The notes under the pieces were generated by a model. It was not told the DNA's origin. It saw only the letters and a program-made list of their open reading frames with translations, and made no database searches. From Chlorokybus atmophyticus (taxonomy: Eukaryota; Plantae; Mesostigma and Chlorokybus algae), in assembly GCA_009103225.1 (NCBI GenBank), contig RHPI01002090.1:830414-894413 (forward strand): a stretch of DNA of 64,000 bases, given 5' to 3'. A program made the position numbers and the translations under genes. Positions 53,970 to 64,000 of the stretch are shown here, piece by piece. Numbering within the stretch: position 1 is the first letter of the stretch; every line of letters begins with the position of its first letter.

Positions 53970-54142
53970 TGAGCGTTGAGCTTTCATACACCCATTGCGT
54001 ATGCACTGTTCAATAACAAGTCACGAAATGGTGTGCATATAAGTAACAAGCGTTGAAGCATGAACCTGAAAGCATTTATTCAGCAAGGTGGCAAAAGTTT
54101 CAGAGTATGTACAGCAGCGATGATGTAAGCAAACAGTTGTGT

Positions 54143-56986
54143 TTAGAAAGACAAGTCCGATGGCTGAACGTCCGCCAGCAGATCGAAGCCGTCGCAGTTG
54201 ACTTTGTCAAACATCGCAAACCATCGCGGCGACTCTGGCATAGAATCGCGCGACGTCTTCTGGGATGTGCGCGGGCCGTGCTGCTTGGGTGTATCATGGC
54301 TTGAAAGACCATTTGCGTGTGGCTTGCTTGGCATGCTAAAGTCCAGACAACGCGCAGTCACGCGGCTCGGACTCTCTGTGGTGATGCCCATGTTCTCTTT
54401 CCTAGCAGCGTGCCGAAGCGTGTGTGGCTCTGAATGGGGTACGGTCAAGTTGCGTCTTGCCAGCGTGCGTGTGTGCGTGCGTGCAGATTGACCTGCATGG
54501 CAAGCATCGTTTGCAACTACGTCATAGTTACATGCAACTGTGGCTGTGATGTTCAGTTACTTACTTGGTTGAGTTAACCGCGAGCGTGCTGGCGCAGCGC
54601 CACTTCTGCTGAGAGTTTCTGCTGCTAAGTTCAGTGCGGCTGCGGCTGCGTGCAGTTCTGAGGTGACGGTTGAGTTGTTTTGCGAAGGGGTCGGTTGCGG
54701 GGCCGCTTGCTTCATGGGGGTTGTGGCGCTGCATGGAGCAGGCCAATGCAGTTTCGACTGCAGCTGAGCGGAGGGTACCAGGGGGAGGGCGTCACAGTCG
54801 CCTGAGGCATCTGCAAGATTGCCCTGAATGCAGGAACCCAACACACATGTCAACAGTTGGTGAACATTCAATCAAGGATAATCCCTTAGTACAGCAAAGC
54901 ACGCTTCACCTCTGCCTGCGTGGTAACAGCTGCCTGATCGAGCTCCGTGGCCTCTTTCTGCAACGTTGATATAGATTCCTGCAGCTGCGGTAGTGTCTGT
55001 TCTAGCTTGGTGACCAGTGTCTGCAACAACCAACTTGAGCGTCTGCAACTTGAGTGTCTGCAAACAACAACAGCCGCAATGGCACGTGCCTGCAAGCTGG
55101 CCAGGTGGTGCTGGTGAATGTCCAGGTGCTCCTGCAAGGCGTCCTTGTGCTCCTCACTCTGGTGCAAGAGTGTTGAGCTACCACTGCTGGTTGCTGCTCG
55201 CGCCTACAGTTGTGTGAGATAAGTGTGAGATAAGATGCAGTTACAGTGGCGGTCACTGCACGATTACAAGACATGCGCTACCATGACAGCCGTGGCGCGC
55301 AGTTGACGCACAATGTCTTGAAGCCACTTGCGAAGCAGCTGCGTGATGTCCAACTCCCCTGGTTTGTCGTTGGTCCCGGCCAGTGTAGCGCCATCAATGG
55401 CATACCTGTAGGAATGGTTGACGTTTGCATCAAATCGTTGCACCTGCTTGTGATTGTATTCATCGCTCATTGTGGCTTACCTGTGCCTGCGCTTCGTAAC
55501 GGCAATTTCCAGCAAGTCCTTTGCGCCTTGTGTGACATCTACCACAACCAGGGTTCAGCCGTTGATAGCAAGCTTGTTTCGATGACATGCACGACATTCT
55601 GTACGTGACTAGCGAGAACAGCTCAATGCCGCTGCACATAAGTCTCGTGATGAGCCCACCTGCATAACGCAGCAGCGATGACCACATCTCCGTTGCGTCC
55701 GCTACACTCTCATCTACATTATCAAGCGTTTGAGACTCTAGCTTTCTCTTTTCCAACTCCTCAGCCTGGCGCTCCAATGTTGCCTGTGGCCCTCAGCATC
55801 GTCAGCAGTTTGTGACGCCATGCCTGTGGCATTCAGACTCTCTGGCGTGGCATACCTGTTCGTCGCACAATGAATGATACTCGCGAGTCAGCTCTTGAGC
55901 AAGTTCAGCCCAGCGAGCCTGCTCAGATGCAGCCGTTGCTGCAGCAGCAAGAAACCGCTCCCGCTCCTTTGCAACTTTCTCCTGCAAGACTCAAACATCG
56001 GCTACAACAACAATGTGCTTGCTGGTGGGAAAACAGTTGTTTGAGTGTGTGTGTTAGGGTTCACGTGCGCTTGCGCGTGCGTGTTGGTGGAGACCCCACC
56101 TTGGTAGTTCTTAGCAGAGCTGGCAGGTCTGACTCGGTAGTCGTTGGGGTTGGATGCAGTTGCGGTAACTCTCGTGAGCTGGTAACGCGCAACACGTGTG
56201 CAGATAGCTGCCACATGATCTCAATGAACCTGCTCAGCAATGGACGAGTTGACACATCTATCAGCACACACTGTAGCACGTGTGAAACACAACAGTCAGT
56301 ACCGTTCGCCGCAGCATGAGCGCAAAGCCGATCCGCGCGAAGTGTTACGTGGCAGGGCCGAAGCATCCTCCAATTCATTCAGCCTCTGGCGCACAATCTG
56401 TTGCAAGAACGCTAGCCTTGGTCTACAATCATCGCATGCAAAACTTCTCCATCTCGCAACCCTCCAAGCTCGCTTTGCTCCTTAACAACATGCAGCTACA
56501 AGCTTTGCAAGATACTTGCCTTTTGGAACTCTCGGGACTGCTGAAGATCGACAATCGGCCAGACTGACAGAAAATCCTGTTGTCAGGTGCAAGCTGAGTC
56601 AGGTTGACAAGACAGGCAAGAAAACATGCTTGCAGCTGGAAAAGGACACTGTACGTGACTCCAAGCAGGTTTGAGTGGGACCATTGTGTTCGTGAATAGC
56701 AAGCTCATTCTACCTATGCCAAGCACGCGTGTATGAAATTCATCTCAAGCGTAATCTATTACGGTAAGCTCATCATGTTTGGTCCGCTCACCTTCTTACT
56801 TTGCTCAGGATCCAGCTTTGTGAGCAAGAAGTGAACGACAATCTCCATAGCCTTGATATTGGACACCCTGAACATTCGCTCGTGCAGCTCCACGCCGTAG
56901 CGAGCCTTCACCTGCTCCGGCTCCAGCCCCAGCAGCAGCAGGTTGCTCATCATGGCGGACTCCAGCTCCTGCAGCTCAGCCGCCAT
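54143..56986 (-). CDS. HAUS6: Augmin/HAUS subunit 6 (AUG6)
   Basis: ELESAMMSNLLLLGL; F..SN.KAMEIVVHFLL; DFLSVWPIVDLQQSREFQK|IVRQRLNELE..ALPRN.SR; RFIEIMWQLSAH. The 3' exons are less certain. Confidence 0.88.
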
Positions 56987-57028
56987 GACGCCGAGCAAGA
57001 AACTAGCTATTCCAACACGACGGCGCCC

Positions 57029-57047
57029 AAACCCTAACCCTAACCCT
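57029..57047. promoter_or_regulatory. Telo-box / (AACCCT)3 just upstream of the HAUS6 ATG
   Basis: AAACCCTAACCCTAACCCT about 43 nt upstream of the start codon. The plant telo-box is AAACCCTA(A). Confidence 0.45.
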
Positions 57048-57954
57048 GGTCCTAGCGCCAGCAACAGTGCCACCGCCGTCCTCCGCCGCCACCAGGTTGG
57101 CAACCAACAGACGCAGGGCGGTGTGTGCCAGCGATAATGTGTCTGTGCTGAGCTTTCCCGCGCTGAGTGATATTGCCCTGGCGATTTCGGGATCCCGATC
57201 GAGCGGGCTCACGTGCCTGTCAGCAGACGAGGGCACGTCATGTCATCCATCGTGCATAGGGGCATGGATGAGTCGTCAGTGACAACTTGTCGCAGCACAG
57301 CCACATGTCAGCTCAAATGTGGCTTGCAGGCTTATCCATACAACATACTCATCAAACGTGAGTTGCAACAAGGGCAAATCTTAACATTGTTCTAGACCGA
57401 TAACTCAACTTTAATAACACCCCATAAATCAAGTGGTGCTATATTTGAACACAATGATCAATTTGTCATTATAATTGGTTATGATAACATGCCGTGTATG
57501 TATGAGCAACTGTATATTTGTTAATACAACCCGAAAAGGAAGGATGCAACATCAATACAATACACATATAATGTAATACATAGTATGTCCAAACAGCATG
57601 AATTTAACCAAACATGCGCGTTCATAGCAAAACATTATTGCACACATATATGCATGCTTTTGCGATATCCTTTTACAAAAAACCTCACGTATGATCACGG
57701 TGTCAACTTTGTCATATACAATCGATATACATGGGATTTTATATTAACAAGCTTCATATTTTAGCTAAGCATAGGATTATTTGCGCAGGTCGGCGCTTCT
57801 TAAAACACTTTCTTCATGCAGTAACTCACTAACTTTGTTGATTGCATCCCGATATGTCATTGATTATAAGGTTGCGATGAAGCGTATGGACTCACCCCTG
57901 ACACTCAATGCAAGTCCGGTAGCTGTTGACATATGTTGCTATGGCTAAGGCAGT

Positions 57955-58138
57955 GGCTATAGGTAGCGCATAGCCTGGGCTATCTAAAGCCCCCCCCCCC
58001 CCCCCAATCCACGGTGCTTGCATGTTTGCCTTGTGTGTTCTGTATGCATGGCTATAGGTAGCGCATAGCCTGGGCTAGTTATTGAGCCCCCTCTAATCCA
58101 CGGTGCTTGCATGTTTGCCTTGTGTGTTCTGTATGCAT
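57955..58138. repeat. Two-unit tandem duplication (about 95 bp)
   Basis: Units start ggctataggtagcgcatagcc at 57955 and 58050. Confidence 0.9.
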
Positions 58139-58285
58139 TGTGTGCACACATGCATGATGGAGCACCCAGTACACAAACAACTTTTTTGATGTGCATCACA
58201 CTTTATACATTACCATAGTGCTGCTCATTAAATGACTATGTTTTAAACATCAATCATGTCCGCTTTGCAGCCTATAGCTAGCAAA

Positions 58286-58533
58286 GCTCTTCAGTGGCAC
58301 TCGGGTGGCAAACACCCGGAGGTAGCAATCAGCCGTACACCGGCTAATAGCAAGCACTGACAATGGGTTGGCCCAAGCCTCTAGTTTCCCACTGGCACAC
58401 ACAAGTTAGGCTGCTCTTCAGTGGCACTCGAGTCGCAAACACCCGGAGGTTGCAATCAGCCATACACCGGCTGATAGCAAGCATTGACAATGGGTTGGCC
58501 CAAGCCTCTAGTTTCCCACCGGCACACACAAGT
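58286..58533. repeat. Two-unit tandem duplication (127 bp period)
   Basis: Units start gctcttcagtggcactcg at 58286 and 58413, with a few substitutions. Confidence 0.9.
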
Positions 58534-58662
58534 GCTTACGCAAGCACAGATGCAGAATTTTATGGTATGCATGCAGAGCGGCAGCTGCACACTCTTATGG
58601 CATTGAATGACACGCAGTGCAGCGCTTGCGTGTAGCCAAGAGTTTCATGTAATACAATCTCA

Positions 58663-60109
58663 CTACGTATAACACAATAGATACATCCGCCACGATGCAA
58701 GTGCCAGCACAGCTGCAGTGGCAAACTCCACTGCAAGTAGGGAAGTGTTTGAAAAGCCAAGCACCATTCGTAGATACCTGTGGCACGGTTTTCTGCATCA
58801 AAAGTCTGCCATATCAATAACAGGCAAATTGCAGAATGACTTACGTGAAGCTGCTCGGCAAAAAGGCGTGTATGAGTATGAGCGTGTACAACACGGGCGC
58901 AAGTGCAGCCTGGCGGTTCTTGCGGCTCCACGCGCAGGCACCAACGGTTGCAAGCGACAGTGTGATTATCTGCGTGTGCAGTACCATTCTCATCATATGT
59001 ACATATCATGACAAATGGTGGAATGAGGTGATGAGGCACGCACCAAGTTCACGTTGGTTTGGAGCGCTTGGTGCACATAGTCCCAAGTGAACTCCTGCTG
59101 CCTGACCGCGAACGTCAACGGGCCGAGTCCTTGCATCAACGCCTCCGCTGAAGCCCAGCCTGCAGTAACCAGGGAACGAAGAAGAAGAAGAAAAATCAGC
59201 AGGCATGCATTGAGGAAAAGCAACATAATATACCTACAACATCCCTTACCGAGTCCAACAGCTTGAAACCTCAGGCTCTGAGACATAGAGTGGTACGACA
59301 CTTGTGTAAGCGCAAAGTACAGACCCACCACATCCAGCAGCCCGATCATCGCCTTGCCAAACTCCTACATTGGCCAATGGATGTACAGCTGAGCATGCAC
59401 AGAGCACAGACTTGAAGGTCATAGAGACTCCTTGTATGTACCTGGTTGATGTCGTATACACCTATGTCCGACGCTTGCAGGAAGGTCGCTACACACACCA
59501 ACTGCAAAACTGAGCATCACAACCTTGCGAATAGAGACACCGACAGCAAGTGCATTCCTTGTTCAGCAGTGCTTCTGAACTGCGTGCTGGCTTACCTTTA
59601 TTAACGCAGTGAAAACGTACACCAAACCGGCCTTGAAGCACGAGCCTCTCGCGTCATACTCCGCCCTGGTGGTCACACACCACACCGCATTAAAGCTACA
59701 ATGCTTGGGTGGTCACAACCAACAACGGTAGCGCTCAAGTGCAAATGCAGCGTAGCTGTGCTCCAAGACCAAGAAGAGACCCTCCTTGTTGTTAATGCTC
59801 ATAGCATGTAGCGACAGTACAGGAAAAGCTGCATGCAGCGAAGGTGAAGACTCAACGTTTTGTTATGCGGATGTGCGCAAACCATGCTGGAAACGCATGG
59901 ATGGTTGCAGCGCGAAAAAGAACCCAAAACATTGAGCATCACATGAGTGAGACTATACATGTCATGGTACGCCATCAACGACCATAGTAGAATAAACAAC
60001 AGCAGCAGCAACACCAAAATAATGCTGCTCACAGCGGCGTCGCCTTGTAGTACACGACGTGCGGCATGAATGCCAGCGCAGCACAGTTGATAGCATGGAA
60101 CAATGCCAT
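58663..60109 (-). CDS. TMEM147: Transmembrane protein 147 (BOS complex subunit), multi-exon
   Basis: MALFHAINCAALAFMPHVVYYKATPL|..EYDA..CFKAGLVY; DVVGLYFAL; FQAVGLG|WA.AE; EFTWDYV.QAL.TNVNL. Confidence 0.9.
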
Positions 60110-60492
60110 TGCGCGGCACTCAGCCACGGCCTCCCCCGCTCCCGCCGCCGCCGCTGCGGATCAATGAACTCCTCAGTTCCTGAACTGAGTTTGATCAGTC
60201 CGCTTCACTGATCATCGAATTGAGGCTTCATTCAGCAGCTGAGCTGAAAGCTAGCCCCTTCCGTTAAGGTGCTGAACGCCTGCGAGAGATTTTATCCTGT
60301 CTCGCAGATCGCGAGCGTTCAGCGACCTAATGGAAGTGGGCGCCGCTGCAAGTCAGTGGCTTAATGCGGTGGGTTAATGGCCTGAGGTTTACGTGGCAAA
60401 AGTCAGCAAAGGTTAGCTGAGGGTAGCGTGCAGCGGCGGCGGTGGTGGTGGTGAGCACGGCGAGGTGGTGGTCCTGTGCGGTAGCAGTGTTG

Positions 60493-62933
<2,441 letters not shown>

Positions 62934-63945
62934 ATTGCAGCTGTTGCGACCACACTTCTCTGTACCATAGAAAAGGCTCAAAAGGACAGCATGTAAATGG
63001 TTTGCGTGTAGCATTAGTAGGCGACATGTGGTTGCTGTGTCTGTAAACCAGCGCTTTTTGCGTAAGCACTTTTTTGCTGCAAGTGGACTTTGCAGCCGAC
63101 TGGCTGTTCACCAATGCATGAATGTTGTACCCACAACATGTACCACAGTGTTTGCACAACTCGGCATACCTTCATCAGCAACAGTGGCTTTCGCAAGAGG
63201 TCGTATGAGAGGTTTGTATTGCAGTCTTACAAACGGGCCCCTTGGTAATAATTGAGGTCGCAGGCAGTTTGGTCTCTGCTGGCATCTTTACCTAGCCGCC
63301 AAGCTTGCATGTGTACTATGTTGGATTCATATTCATACGCAAAGCATGATGTATGTGCTTTGTACGTGATTGCCAAAAACATGGTGGAAGAGTCATCTTC
63401 ATGTAGGACAGTTGTTCGCAGACACAGGTGAGATGGGATCAAGACGTCCATGCCAAGCACTATGCATAGTAGCCGGCAGAGTTGTATTCGTGATGCCGCA
63501 CGCAAGTGACATATGCCAACTTTTCTCAAAGCGCTAGCTTGGTGAGCAGATGTCCAAAAGTTTATCGGCAGTATTTGTGCTGAGATCGTCACACTCTTGA
63601 CGTGAATCGTGAATCCTACGGATGGCCGTTGCTGCAAGGCAAGTTGCATCACCTTTGTAAAATATCTCGGAGCCAACCACGACTACCTCGCAATGCACAG
63701 CAGTGCATCACTGCGCCAGTCGAGGTCAGAGGCAGCCTGTCCTTTGGGATGGCAGACACACCAAAGGATCCAGCCATGTTGCAAACAAGCCCTTACTGCT
63801 CGCACTTGTTGACACAAGTGTTGTTCAAGATTATCATACATCACATGTACATGTGAGACAACCCGGCTAGCTGCAGTCAGTAGTTTATTGCTCAATCATA
63901 GTAGAGGGGCGGGTCGATTCAGCAGCGAAGGCGCGCGCAGCCAGC

Positions 63946-64000
63946 ATGGACGCGTCCACCCCGGCGCCATCCTCGGGTTCCTCCTCCAGCATCACAACCG
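63946..64000 (+). CDS. Possible 5' end of next gene (MDASTPAPSSGSSSSITT...), runs off the window
   Basis: ATG in cagcATGg context after a GC-rich leader; only 18 codons visible. Confidence 0.25.
   Translation, partial: MDASTPAPSSGSSSSITT

Noticed and set aside
57030-57047. Interstitial telomere or chromosome-fusion scar
   Set aside because: Only three units, in a promoter position. A telo-box is the simpler explanation.
63227-63895. Minus-strand gene after the aspartic protease
   Set aside because: The ORFs have no motifs, and the trial splice model ended in an early stop.

Overview
Eukaryotic, gene-dense window from a flagellate green alga. The lineage is inferred from plant-type ZDS, GET3B, AUG6, phytepsin and CSP genes, short GT-AG introns and motile-cilium genes; the species cannot be determined here. 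About 15 multi-exon host genes are present: CSP, AP1M, MZT2, ZDS, ISN1, TMEM18, a CatSper-epsilon-like subunit, an orphan repeat protein, a GT32 galactosyltransferase, DUF455, GET3B, DUF179, TTLL, HAUS6, TMEM147 and an A1 aspartic protease. There are two apparently young transposons: a Chlamys-type Penelope-like retroelement (3044-7267) and a pogo/Fot1-type DD35D DNA transposon (43669-49656) containing two N gaps. Most notable: (1) a CatSper auxiliary-subunit homologue in a green-lineage genome; (2) a three-exon MZT2 gene, missed by the ORF track, ending 52 nt before the AP1M start with signatures of a leaky-scanning bicistronic mRNA; (3) PLE terminal repeats that differ by precise loss of a 75-nt GT..CTAAC..AG intron. 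Exon models and homology calls were made by eye and from recalled family motifs; none has been confirmed by database search.
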